This document shows, in pieces, positions 1-12,547 of a DNA stretch of 64,000 nt. A program made the position numbers and the translations under genes. Below the pieces are notes generated by a model, which saw only the letters and a list, made by a program, of their open reading frames with translations, made no database searches and was not told where the DNA came from. The stretch lies in NCBI GenBank assembly GCA_044892525.1, contig CM097885.1:13828001-13892000 (forward strand), written 5' to 3'. The DNA comes from Schmidtea polychroa (lineage: Eukaryota). Position 1 is the stretch's first letter; every line of letters starts with the position of its first letter.

Positions 1-59
1 TATTTTTTTATGATTTATCTTGATTTATTTTAGATATAAAAGCTATTTCTAAAAGTAAG

Positions 60-806
60 CGAGATTGTATCATTTCTCTTATAAATCAACTATCGTCTCG
101 TCAAATAGAGATGAGAATCAACGTAGGACGTGCAACGGTTAATAGAATCCGTTCGAAATATTGTCCATGTGCCCAACACCTATCAGCTGGTAGGCCAACT
201 AAACTTACGCCGAATGACAAGTACTGCCTGGTTCGAATGGTGACTTCTGGTGCAGCAGATAATTCTGTAAAACTTGCTAAAGTTCTCAGATCTACAAAGA
301 ACTTGGATGTAAGCACTAATACTATCCGATGAGCTCTAAAAGAGGCTGGCTTAAAGGCAATTCCTAAGAAGAAAAAACCTATACTTTTACTACGTAATGA
401 AAGGGAACGGCTTAACTTTGCACTGAAGTACCATAATTGGACAAGTGAAGGTTGGAATTGTGTGGTGTGATAATATGAAACTAAAATATCACGTTTGGGC
501 TCGGATGGACGTGTATGGAATGGAATGAGCCAGGAACACAGCTACAAGAGCAGCATGTAAAAGGAACATTAAAGTTTGCTGGTGGGAGTCTAATGATGTG
601 GAGCTATACACAGATATTCTCAGAAATGAAATATTACAAAGTTTGCAATATTATGACCTTGACAAAGGAAGAATTATTTACCAACAGGACAATGATCCAA
701 AACACAAATCTCGATTAGCTCAAAAGTGGTTTGAAGTGGGTTACCAGTTTTGTTATGTTAATTTATTTATAAGTTAGAAACATTGAGCCAATTTTGGCAG
801 TCACTG
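60..806 (+). mobile_element. Tc1-family DNA transposon remnant (degenerate transposase plus right terminus)
   Basis: Broken frames give an HTH region (GRPTKLT...VSTNTIR), 'ETKISRLGSDGRVW' (Tc1 first-D motif) and 'YQQDNDPKHKSRLAQKWF' (second-D motif). Ends ...GCAGTCACTG|TA at 806, a Tc1-type terminus. Left end not seen. Confidence 0.85.
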
Positions 807-1974
807 TATTTGTAAAAAACTTCTGATAAAATCCAGTATATTATACAATTATATAATTTTAATTAATAATTATAATCATATAGTAAAAAATTACTATTTT
901 TTCGGACATTTAAATAAATAATATTTTTTAGCTTTGGGCATCAACATTAAAAACTTTACTCCGAAATATATAAATTTTATTTATTAAATTTGTCCTTGTA
1001 TTTGTTTAAATAATTTATAGCTGGAGTTGTGACTGTATGCATGTTGTATATATTGCAAAGTAATATTTTGTTAAATATTTCTTTCCATGTTAAAGAATTT
1101 ATTTAATCTTTCAAAATAAATTGATATCTGAATTCAAATATTTATAGATAGTGAATATGAGCCGTAAATTTTCAATTACTCGGAAGTTCTCTACTTTAGG
1201 ACTTGGAAGTAAGATACATTATCTAAATTAAATTGTACTATATGATAACATGTAAATATTAAAATATTTTTAATTAAAATTCATTAGATTCATAATTCTC
1301 AAATAGAAATAAAAATGTAGTTATTATTTGAAATAGTCAATGTTTACATTATTTATTATTAAATGAATTCTATTTATTTACTTAATAAATAATCCAAAAT
1401 GGTACTAGGATTAAATGGTATAATGTATAAAATGATAGGCTTAAGTCTATTCAAATAGAGTAATAAGTCTATTTTTTAAATGTTGTTAGTTAATTATTGG
1501 TCTAACACATATTGGTCAAACAAGGAATAGTTTAATGATTAGAAAAGCAAGTTGCCTTTATTTAGCATAAATGCCTGGCTCTATCCGTGTAATAATGATA
1601 AAAAACAATAGAAAAATCTAGACTAGTCAAATAAAAATATAAATTATAATGAATAAACAAATTATATAAAATTTAATGTCAAACATCTAAAACTATGTTT
1701 CCTTTATGTTCATACAAATTTGCAATAAAGTTGCTGTCAGACAACATTTATATTGTTGAGGATACCTAAATAGTAAATAATATTATAAACAATTAGAATA
1801 ACTTAGGGGAAAACCGATAGGGTGATTGAGTTAACATTCTGAAACTTTGAGAAGAAAACAGAAAGGAAAAAATTGAGAAATGAGGAAGGAATAACAAAAC
1901 AAAAGAAACTCAACAATAGAGCGGAGAAAGGTTACTTATAATTAATAAGTGCAAGAAAGCAAAAAGGAATTTCA

Positions 1975-2590
1975 AGATTGGAAAACAAAAAAACAAAACA
2001 TGGAAACAAAATCGGCATCTCTGAACTTTCAGAGGTAACGTGGGAACTAAAAAAAATTTGGAAAAAATGACAAATTATACCGAGTTCCGAACAGTCAGTG
2101 ATAACACAGGAGCTGTAGAATTTATGGAGAGACAGGAATGGAAAAAATGAATTATCACAAGTGTCGGACAAGTGCGGACTATAAAAGCAAAAGTCTTCTT
2201 AATGGAATCAGAAGTTAGTGGTCGAGGGAAAAATTAAAAAGAGTCGAGAAAATAATTCGGAATTAAAGGAAAATTAAAGAAATTGGAAGTTGGAAAAATT
2301 AGAATTTGAAAAAACCAAAATTGGAAAACCAAAAAACAAAACATGACAACAAAATCAGCATCTCCAAACTTTCAGAGGTAACGTGGGAACTCGAAAAAAA
2401 GTATGAACTGTCAGTGATAACACAGGAGCTGTAGAATTTATGGAGAGACAGGAATGGAAAAAATGAATTATCACAAGTGTCGGACAAGTTCGGACTATAA
2501 AAGCAAAAGTCTTCTTCCAGGGAAAAATTAAAAAGATAGTCGAGAAAATAATTTGGAATTAAAGGAAAATTAAAGAAATTGGAAATTAGA
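1975..2590. repeat. Tandem duplication of a purine-rich ~270-340 bp unit
   Basis: About 1975-2295 and 2318-2590 share long identical stretches (e.g. CAGTGATAACACAGGAGCTGTAGAATTTATGGAGAGACAGG). The second copy has internal deletions. Confidence 0.85.
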
Positions 2591-2615
2591 GAAATCCATC
2601 AATATCATGGATCAA

Positions 2616-2652
2616 ATTCACTTGAAAAAGGCGGTGCCGAAAAATCGTGAGT
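2616..2652 (+). ncRNA. Candidate minimal hammerhead ribozyme, U3-A8 core variant
   Basis: attcac-TTGAAAA-a-GGC-ggt-GCC-GAAA-aa-TC-gtgagt: helix I attcac/gtgagt, 3-bp helix II, GAAA and a UH cleavage site. Confidence 0.55.
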
Positions 2653-2760
2653 ATCAAAAACATCGATATATTACTGATTTATAGTCTTCAAGCTCTCTTT
2701 TTAATAAATTCAATGGAAAAAAAATCAGTGGTGAAATTGGAGAAAAAAGTTCCTATAATT
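2616..2760 (+). repeat. ~140-bp dispersed repeat (family B), probable Penelope pLTR fragment
   Basis: Related copies at ~10766-10905(-), 10917-11011(+), 43240-43388(+), 43393-43510(+), 49882-50000(+) and 56107-56195(-). Consensus starts TTCACTTGAAAAAGGCAGTGCCGAAAATTCGTGA and ends AAAGTTCTTATAAT. Confidence 0.8.
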
Positions 2761-3619
2761 GATAGATAGTTTCGATTCAAACTTGATTAAATTTTAATGA
2801 TTAAAACAACATAGACATATTTGTGAAATAGGTAATATGTTGATAACATATATTTTCAAGTGGGTTTTTTCAATATATTAATCAGATTTGTGAATAATAT
2901 TCATCAGTGCAGCCAACAGACTTGATAATCTTGGCAATTGTCGACCAATTATTAATGAGCGACCATTCCAGATTTTCGTGAAACATAATATATTTGAAAT
3001 CCTGCTCTATATGATAGTAATTCATGAGCATACTGAAAAAAATTAAACTTAAAATGTCGTTTTTCTTATTTCTATATCCTAATATTGAAAATTGTATTGA
3101 AAATATCTGAGTAATTTCCCTGTCCATAATTCGTACTAGTGATTAAATATAAAATTACCCATTTCATTATGTCGCTAAATGAGAAACAGCATTAAATATT
3201 AATGAAAGCGTAAAATATTAAATATCTTCTAACGATATCGTTATTTAATCTTAACCAAATTGTTAATTTTTTTCATTAAATTTTTATTAATAATTGACGG
3301 TAAAACATTATCAAAAAACCAATAATTCGAGTACCGTATTTTAGCGTATTTTTAGTGCGTATAACCGCTCTCATTTCCCCCGAATTTTAAATGAATTTAA
3401 AAATTTTTTAAAAATATTAATTTTGTATTATTTTGAAAAAAATACTTTTTTTACACTGAAACGTGTTTTATGTAAGGGTTTCCTTTTATTATTAGAAGTT
3501 ATGGATTTTGAATTAAAATACGTTCTTGAAATATCAAACCTTACTTAATATTATAATAAATAGTTAAACATACATGGCAACGATTTAGTTATAAGAAAGC
3601 GCCAATCAAACATTCTTTT

Positions 3620-3658
3620 CACGATATATTTCGACAGTTTTCCTGTCATAATCAGGTA
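3620..3658 (-). ncRNA. Degenerate minimal hammerhead (family A), core CUGAUUA
   Basis: Reverse complement reads tac-CTGATTA-t-GACAG-gaaaa-CTGTC-GAAA-tata-TC-gtg; G8 is mutated. Confidence 0.55.
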
Positions 3659-4347
3659 GGATATAATAATTATATAAATTAAGGATTTTTAAACAAATTT
3701 ATTAATTGTATTAATTATTGAATAAATAGTTAAACATACATGGCAATGATTTAATTATAAGATAACGCCAATCAAACATTCTTTTCACGATATATTAATA
3801 AGTCAAAAACTCCGGTCGAATTGTGTTCCGATCTCGTTTATCAGTTTACATGTAATGGGTGTAATGCCACATACATTGGAGAGACTTCCCGTCATCTCTG
3901 TATTCGAACTCAAGAACATTTTAGACCGAAGGCTTTGACCCATATTAGTGAGCACAATAAGGGCTGTGAGATTAAAATAAGTATGTCTGATTTTAAAATT
4001 TTATTAAAAAATTTTGATAACTATTGGGAGCATGTGATTTGTGAGGCGTTGTTGATAAAGGCATTGAATCCGAAAATTAATGTGCAGAATGTAGTGAATA
4101 CTTGTATTTTAAATGTTTTTAAATAATTTTTTTCTTGTATATTGCATGTATTGATTGTTGTGTTAAATTAAATAATTAATAAATCTTTTTAAATTATTAA
4201 ATAAATTCTGAATGCTAAAATTTTAAAAATAATATATTAATTTAATTATAATTTTTTAAAGTAATTAAATATTTTTATTAAATAAAAAAGTTTTTATATT
4301 ATTAATAAATTTGTTTAAAATCCTTAATTTACATAGTTATTATATCC

Positions 4348-4386
4348 CACCTGATCATGACAGGAAAACTGTCGAAATATATCGTG
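4348..4386 (+). ncRNA. Degenerate minimal hammerhead (family A), core CUGAUCA
   Basis: cac-CTGATCA-t-GACAG-gaaaa-CTGTC-GAAA-tata-TC-gtg; G8 is mutated. Confidence 0.55.
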
Positions 4387-4446
4387 AAAAGAATGTTTGA
4401 TTGGCGTTATCTTAGTATTAATTATTAATTATATAATTTTTTAATA

Positions 4447-4628
4447 CCGTATATACTCGCATATAAGCCGACCCCCCTCAAATTTGGTTGATTAAAATGT
4501 CAACAATAGATGACACGCGCATAAGCCGACCTATCAAAAATGATATTTTGGGTAATATATAATTAAATATATAATTAATATATAATAATATATTCAAAAC
4601 TACTCGGCCTATACGCGAGTATATACGG
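4447..4628. mobile_element. pogo/Tc1-superfamily MITE (182 bp)
   Basis: TA|CCGTATATACTCGCATATAAGCCGA ... TCGGCCTATACGCGAGTATATACGG|TA: ~25-bp TIRs and a TA target duplication. Confidence 0.9.
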
Positions 4629-4639
4629 TAAAAACATTT

Positions 4640-5000
4640 CATTCTTTTAAAAATTATAATTGAAATAATATATTATTTTTTAAATTTTAACATATTGAAT
4701 TGAATTTAATAATTTATTAATTATTTAATCTAACAAACAACAATCAATACATACAATATACAAAAAATTATTTAAAAACATTTAAAATACAAGTATTCAC
4801 TGCATTCTGCACATTAATTTTCGGATTCAATGACTTTATCAACAACGCCTCACAAATTACACGTTCCCAATAATTATCGACAATTTTTAATAAAATTTTA
4901 AAATCAGACATACCTATTTTACTTTTACAGCCCTTGTTGTGCTCAATAATATTGGTCAATGCCCTCGGTCTATAATGCTCTCGAGCTCGAATACAGAGCT
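4640..5000 (-). mobile_element. Penelope-like GIY-YIG 3' fragment
   Basis: ORF 4768-4959 is nearly identical to the C-terminus of ORF 3821-4126. Confidence 0.88.
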
Positions 5001-5284
5001 CGAATAAATATCAGCAAGAGAAAAAACAAAAAAATGTGTATATTTAATTCCTCTGGTAACTTTGTCATTTATCACAGTGTTAGTAGTATAATTTAATATT
5101 TATAATATATTATTTGTGATCCAATATCTGTGCATTTAGGCGATTTTAAATATATATTTGTAATGTTCTCACTAGCAATACAAATTTTGAGGAATTCCTA
5201 GGCTGCTATAATGAATAATTCGTCACTTTTTAACTTATTAATAGGGTTTATTTTCCCAAAAATAGGTGATTCTAATAAACTAAA

Positions 5285-5423
<139 letters not shown>

Positions 5424-7166
5424 CATCTGCTCTTTGTTTTAAACAATATTACTAATAATATTGGTGCAATTTATGTGTACAGGTCCGTATTCAATTGAAT
5501 TGATTTTATTTTTATGTAAGACAAACTAGATAAAAAAATAATTAAAACCAAATTAAGCGAAAGATAAAATAAATATAGAAAATTGACAAAAAATCTTATT
5601 GGAGTAAGTAACGAATAATTTAACTAAACTATTTCAAAATTGATCAAAGATATTTAGGCTTTTCCAAACGAAATTTATAATGCGTTTTCTAGTTAGATCT
5701 TTAAAGATTGTGTAAAACTTGCGAGAAATTTTCCTGAAAATTTCCAACATTTTTTGAATTGTAAACTTCAATTAAAACAATTTTCAATAATTCACATTTT
5801 TTCCATATTTCTTTTATTCTGCGATTAAATAAATAAATATATCTCGAATAATTTTTCGTAACTATATTTCGTGAGTTAATATTTAAATTTCCTGGAAGGT
5901 CAACACTAATGAGTGTAGAAGTATTTGTTTTAGATATTCGCTTAATACTTTCATGTAATTGTATTAATAAATAATGAGGTAAATTTCAAATTTATCCGAG
6001 TCTTCGAGTTATTTCTCTATCTTTAACAAAGCTTAAGTGCAAATATTTTATTAATTTTTTAATTAGTACTTAAGCACTGAAGGAAAAGATATATCCCGCT
6101 GGTATGGTTGATATTATAGTGATCTAATTTTAAATTTACTTCAAAGATTTTCGGTATTTATCCAATTAGTTTCATTTTCCATTCTCACTCTCCATAGTCA
6201 TTTAATCTGGTTGATTGAATTCCTAAATAAAATTTCAAACTACCTTAAATATAAATAAATATTTATTAATGATATGCAATTTGTTGGATATGTATTTTTG
6301 ATGTGCCATTGTCAACGAATAATAATGCTCATTTATATTCACCTAGCGAAAAGGTGTTTATAACCGCTAATATGGACAATGTTGATGAGCAAATAACATT
6401 GAGCAATGACATCATAAATATTCGATGCATTTACTCATATATAGTTTTGACTCAACCCAATTTATTCTGTTTCTAATGAATCTGATTTTCATTAACAGAT
6501 GAATTTTCTGTTATTTCGATAGATTTCATCAATGAAATTTTCTACAACCAATCAAAGGCGAGTAAAACTCTTTCACAGAAAATATAAACTTGTGAGTCAT
6601 TTTTATGTCTGATTAATTTTAAAATTTAGTGAAAATCAATTAAAAAAATATATTTATGAAATTTTGTGTTTCCCAATTTAATTTCATGAATTTCATTTGA
6701 TTAGGTTATTTTGATTTTGACATTTTTTATGTGTTTCAGTGATTCAACTTCAGGACTTTTTTCAATTCCAATTTCCATAATCAGGATGCAATTTTCCGCT
6801 ATTAACGATAAACAGCTTGATTTAAATTGATTTAATGTATTATTAGAGTGCAATTTAAATTAATCAATAGCTATCGGTTTAATTAATAAATAAAATTTCA
6901 AATAACACTAATTCAAAAAATCAAATGTTTGATAGTACAAAATTTTAAATTTTGCTTTATTTAGTTTGAGTGTAAATTGCATGTAATTATAGTACACTAT
7001 ATCATCGGTTCTTAAATTTTTTACTTCATGGACCACTTGTTAAAAAACCTGAAGTTTTAGACCAAATAAAATTTTAAATTTTGTATAGTATAATAACAAA
7101 CACCCAAATATTAATTTTAATTACCAATTCAACATATAATAAATTTTTACTAATATCTTAAATATA

Positions 7167-7515
7167 CCGTATTTTTCCTATTATAAGCGGTATCCCGAAT
7201 ATAATAGGTAGTAAAGCTTCGTAGCAAAAAATGAGAGAATAGGACCACTTATCAAAGATAAAATTAATTCACAGGAATTAATTGAGTGTTCAAATCTTGT
7301 TTTTTTGAAGATGTCGCAGAAGAGGACGATTTAACTGTGTTTGATTAAAATGCCTGTATATATTTTTTAAACATTTGAAATATTATAATATTAAAATATA
7401 TTATGATTTTTTAAGTAATCGGTAAAAAATATATAAGCGGTCCTCCAAATATAAGAGGTGCCCCAATTTTTTTGTCGTAAAATAATATTAGCGGCCACTT
7501 ATAATAGAAAAAAAA
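7167..7515. mobile_element. Degenerate pogo-type MITE
   Basis: TA|CCGTATTTTTCCTATTATAAGCGG at left, internal ATATAAGCGG repeat, and decayed inverse CCACTTATAATAGAAAAA at right. Confidence 0.5.
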
Positions 7516-7738
7516 ATTTTGCAAAATAATTTGTAAAAAATGTTGAATTTATATGAATATAATGACAAATATAGTGATTATATAATTTGGCATTGGATTA
7601 TTGGCACAAATCATCCAGTTTAAGAAAGCTGCAAGAGTTTCAAGCAAAGTGTTTTTACTACCTAAAGTAGGACTTTCTTTCATAGTGCTGAGAGTGAAAA
7701 TAATTTAGAAAATATGTATTATTTTATTGTGCCAGAAG

Positions 7739-7989
7739 CAGGGCCGTCGAGAGCCAGGCCGGGCCCCCGATGCAATTTGTCTTTGCAATTACAAACTGAT
7801 ATATATTTTTTGAAAAACATTTGTTTTAGTTATCCTATTTATTACTTATGAAATTACATGATACATATAAACTTAAATTATCACAAACTTAGATTTTTAA
7901 AATTATTTAATTATATATAAATACCAAATATGATTATATCACGGGTCCCGATGATTTGCATCACCTACATCGGCCTCTTATCAGTGATG
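7739..7989. mobile_element. Possible decayed hAT MITE
   Basis: GC-rich ends in an AT-rich background, starting CAGGGCCGTCGAGAG. Imperfect 8-bp flanks GCCAGAAG / ACAAGAAG. Confidence 0.4.
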
Positions 7990-8844
7990 ACAAGAAGCAA
8001 CTTTATTAAATAATTATCATTGTGTAACATAACAAAACTCTGAATTAAATTTGAGATGGTTGTGTACTTTCAAGTTCCACTTTTATCTCTGATTTTGTCT
8101 TATATCTACATATTTTGGATTTCATTTTATAATAATGTTTGATCAGTAAATTGATCAATACATGGGAAATTTAAAATAGAAAATAAATCAAGTCGTCAAC
8201 TTATTAAAATTGAGAAATATTTAGTTGTTTTATTGAAATAATAGTGTTTGTTTGCATTTTTTGGTAATTTATTTTTGTAAAAAAATTAGAAATATAGTTT
8301 CCATTGATAATTATTTTTTTTGTGTTTATAAAATATTAATTATTTAAATTTTAAGCCATATTAAGAAATTTAATAATTTAAGGAGATTATATTTATAAAT
8401 TTGACGTCAAGGATACTATTAAATATGAGTAGAATTGTTTTATCGAAGGAAGAACGGATGTTGAAATTTGGCCCTTAATCGTGGCATAAAAAACAATTGA
8501 TAAAAATAAATTATTGGCAAAAATTGAAAGATTGTATTATTTGATATATTTGTGCGTATCTAATAAGGATATTGATAATAATTACGTAAGAAACTTGTTG
8601 ATGTTTGTACTACTGATCATGTTAATAAAACTAAAAAAACAGGATATTAAGAGCTTCGTGGTACTGAATAATCTATCTCAAAAAATATCAATGTTTGTAA
8701 ATATAAAGGCAATGATTTTGTGATTTTGAACCATGACGTCTATATTAGCAAATTAAATGTTTTATTATCTCCACAGTTTATGAAAGTGGAGATTACCTGT
8801 AGTAATGGTAAATTACCATCGATGGAGGATGAAATGGTTTTGTT

Positions 8845-9594
8845 TTACATTTCGTAAATTACTTGAATTTGCAACGTCGAATATGATGCTATCCAATGTT
8901 TTCCTGTTGGAAGTACTACTGTTTCAAGTTTCCCCTTTATGATATTGCACGATTTTGAGTGGGAACTTCCATATGGTTTGGCCATCCACTCAGTCCCATC
9001 TTTACCGTTATATTTTTTGCTATTTACAGGTATATCAAACTGTTCGTTTTCATCTTCCGATATTTCTTCTTCATTTGACATCTCCATCACAAGTTCAATT
9101 TCAGAATCTGACGCTTGATTAGCTTCATCTTCAAGTAAGTTAATTTCATCGTCGGTCCAATTCTATATAATCTCTTCTAGTTCCATTTTACTCAAAGTGA
9201 CGTTGGCCATTTTTTTTACTTTTCTAAATGTTTTCTAATTATATATAAAAATGCAAACTTAGAAAATAAAAATTAACTTACCAATTTTATCAATAAAACA
9301 AGTGACTGCTCAGCCTTCTATGATTCAAGCGATAGCGTTGGCGTGCAATTATCCATATAGTGATTTACACTGTCAATATGCAGAGCTCCATAAGCATTGT
9401 TGTGCGATTATGTAATGAGATTTAATTATATTACATTAACGAGCTAAATTTTTTGGCCTGCTTTGATTTTTTATACTTAAATTTTGAAAATAGACGAATA
9501 CAAGAAAGTTTAGAAAAATTTAATAAATATCAATAAAGTTATAAGTAATTTGAATTCAAATAGAGACTGACAGGCTCTGTTGTGCTTTTTAGGG
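8845..9594 (-). mobile_element. piggyBac 5' remnant
   Basis: Minus-strand TTAA|CCCT terminus at 9594. Acidic N-terminus followed by 'YNGKDGTEW...SCNII', typical of piggyBac transposase N-termini; interrupted by a stop. Confidence 0.75.
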
Positions 9595-10765
9595 TTAAGA
9601 AACGAAGATATAGAAATTTATGAGAATGATTGCAATTAAATATTTAATATTTCATCAGTATTTAACGCTGATATTAATATTCAAAGCAATAATATACGGA
9701 AAATAATTATTCAATGATGTGAGCTACATCCCTCGATGTCAACATTTAAAACTTGTTTCTCTGAGAGAACTGACATATAGAGACACTTATTAATTTTTCT
9801 ACATTGTGAATCGTTTGTCAAAAAGGCAGTATTTAAAAAATTAATGGAAATCGTCGAAAATCTGTTTAACTGATTATTTCATTACTTTTCAATAACATTT
9901 ATAATGAAAATAATTTTTAAATAACTTAATTTTTTATTAATTTTTAATTATTGAATTTAAACATAACCTTGATTAATAATTTTTATTTATCTCTAAATAT
10001 TGGACAGAGAACCTAAATTCATTTGAAAAATGTTTAAATGTCAAAATTTGTTTGATTAGTTTTATATTTAATTATTTCAGCTACTGCAAATTTATTGAGC
10101 AATATTAGTATAACATTTTTGTTAAGATAATCGAAAAAATAAATTTTCTAGTGCAAATTGTATGATTCTGATTTATTTTTGGCTAATTAAAATTCTGCTA
10201 ATTTATTTTTCTTTCATATAATAATTAAATAAACAATTCCAGATGCATACTTCTATTTACCTCTTTTCTTATTTTATAACCTGAAATGACTCCTGTATAC
10301 AAGGTCATGAAGTAAATTCATTCTAATGGTTGTAATGTTAATTATATAGATCTGTATCCTTTTAATGATAAAATAGGATATAATATAATATCGCTTGCAG
10401 ATTGATTCAGACATTTTACAGTATATTTCAATACTATGATCATATTAAATGGAAATAATTTCGAAGTGAATAAAGAAAAATTATTCTAATTTATGTAAAT
10501 AATTACGTGATATTTATCTAGGCCTGGACTGCTTATTTACAAAATTAACCGCTTAGCTATTGAAATTCCAAAATTCTTTTAAAAAGTTTTTTTAAATATA
10601 CATGAAATTATTTTAATTTAAAATTTTGTACCGGATTTTGGATGAGAAAGTCTTTTTCAACCATAATATAAACCAAATATTTCATTGTCAAATTATTATT
10701 TATTTATACATACATGTTTAGATATTTTTAGATGAATAAAAATGGTACTTAATTTTTATATAAGT

Positions 10766-11011
10766 ATTATAAGAACTTTTATTTCTTCCAATTTCACCAC
10801 TGATTATTTTTTCCATTGAATTTATTAAAAAGAGAGTTTTAAGACTATAAATCAGTAATATATCGATGTTTGTTGATACTCATGAATTTTCGGCACTGCC
10901 TTTTTGAAATTCAAGAAATTCACTTGAAGGCAGTGCCGAAAATTCGTGAGTATCAACAAACATCGATATATTACTGATTTATAATCTTAAAACTCTCTTT
11001 TTAATAAATTT
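10766..11011. repeat. Head-to-head inverted pair of family-B repeats
   Basis: About 10819-10902 is the near-perfect reverse complement of about 10927-11010. Confidence 0.85.
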
Positions 11012-11232
11012 TATACAAGTGCCAATATTTTAATAAAATTATATTGCTTTTAAAATGAAATGATATAAATGCACTCTTTTGCTGGGAATTTTATTCATAG
11101 AATATTTACGGTTATAACACAATTTTGATTAAATTGAAAAGTAGCTGATATTGTATTTACTTTATTTCTTTCGCGTAAGATTCCTTTCTGTCTTGATTGA
11201 TGTATTTTCTATACTTATTAAAATAAAAAAAA

Positions 11233-12474
11233 TTATTAATTACATGAAAACTTTTTTATTTAATAAAAACATTTAATTACTTTTAAAAATTATAACTAAA
11301 TTAATATATTTTAAAATTTTAGCATTCAGAATTTAATTTAATAATTTAAAAAATTTTAATAATTGTATTTTTAATTGTATTTAAAATTTTTAATAATTTA
11401 ACACAGCAATCAATGCATACAATATACAAGAAAAAAATTATTTAAAAACATTTAAAATACAAGTATTCGCTACATTCTGCACATTAATTTTCGGATTCAA
11501 TGCCTTTATCAACAACGCCTCACAAATCACACGTTCCCAATAATTATCGAAATTTTTTAATAAAATTTTAAAATCAGACATACCTATTTTAATCTTATAG
11601 CCCCTACTGTGCTCAATAATATGAGTCAAAGCCTTTGGTCTAAAATGTTCTCGAACTCGAATACAGAGATGACGGGAAGTCTCTCCACACCCATTACATG
11701 TAAACTGATAAACGAGATCGGAACACAATTCGACCGGAGTTTTTGACTTATTAATAAACATATTGCGTACTTTCCATGAAGTTGACACTATCCTATAGTT
11801 TAAATTGCCTAACTGCTTTCTTATTTTCACTTTATAATCCTTAAAACGTTCTGAGTACGGCAATACTAACACAAATTTAGACTCATCATCCTTGCTCACA
11901 CTATTTAATTTATTTGACTCATCAGACTCACACACCTCAACATCACACCCAGATTTTCTTAAACATGGATCTTTAGGATTTTTAATAAATTTCTCAACAG
12001 TCTCTTTTACCATAATTAATAAAAAGGATTTTGAATAACCGTTCTTCTTTAACATTTCAACCAATTTGTCAACACTTTTTACTGAATTTTCAAAAGTAGA
12101 AGACAAAGACCATGAACGATAAATCAAACCCTTCACCATATTTCTTTTATGCTTGAATTCACAAAAAATTTCGAATGAAGTATTGAGACCAGTATCAGTT
12201 GGTTTTCTATAAATCTCTGTCTCATAATGTTTCTTTTTGCGGTGTATTATTAAGCAAGTGATGATTTTTTCTCCGTTTCACATGTGAAAACAATATTTTT
12301 ATGTAGACTATTCATATAATGCAAAAACGAATCAACATGCCTCTGATTTTCAAATATAAGAAAATTATCATCCACATACCGTTTATAAACAGTGGGTTTT
12401 ATACATTGGAAAGATGCAATTTTCTTTTCTAAGCTTGCTAAAAAAATGAAGCCATCGTTGGTGCTAAAGGAGAA
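11233..12474 (-). mobile_element. Penelope-like retroelement, 5'-truncated (RT C-terminal half plus GIY-YIG)
   Basis: Minus strand gives SPLAPTMA..., KRYVDDNFLIF...MNSLHKNIVFTCETE, IYRKPTDTG and ORF 11438-12139 ending in the GIY-YIG domain. Frameshifts are present. Confidence 0.93.
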
Positions 12475-12508
12475 ATAAATTTGTTTAAAATCCTTAGTTA
12501 TTATATCC

Positions 12509-12547
12509 CACCTGATGATGACAGGAAAACTGTCGAAATATATCGTG
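12509..12547 (+). ncRNA. Minimal type I hammerhead ribozyme (family A), intact core, in an inverted pLTR piece
   Basis: cac-CTGATGA-t-GACAG-gaaaa-CTGTC-GAAA-tata-TC-gtg. Confidence 0.75.

Larger units (their letters stand above)
3556..4415 (+). mobile_element. Penelope-like retroelement 3' fragment (GIY-YIG endonuclease plus pLTR) preceded by inverted pLTR pieces
   Basis: ORF 3821-4126 (LVYQFTCNGCNATYIGETSRHLCIRTQEH...EALLIKALNPKINVQ) is a PLE-type GIY-YIG domain. 3556-3795 holds reverse-oriented copies of the terminal repeat seen at 4300-4415. Confidence 0.9.
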
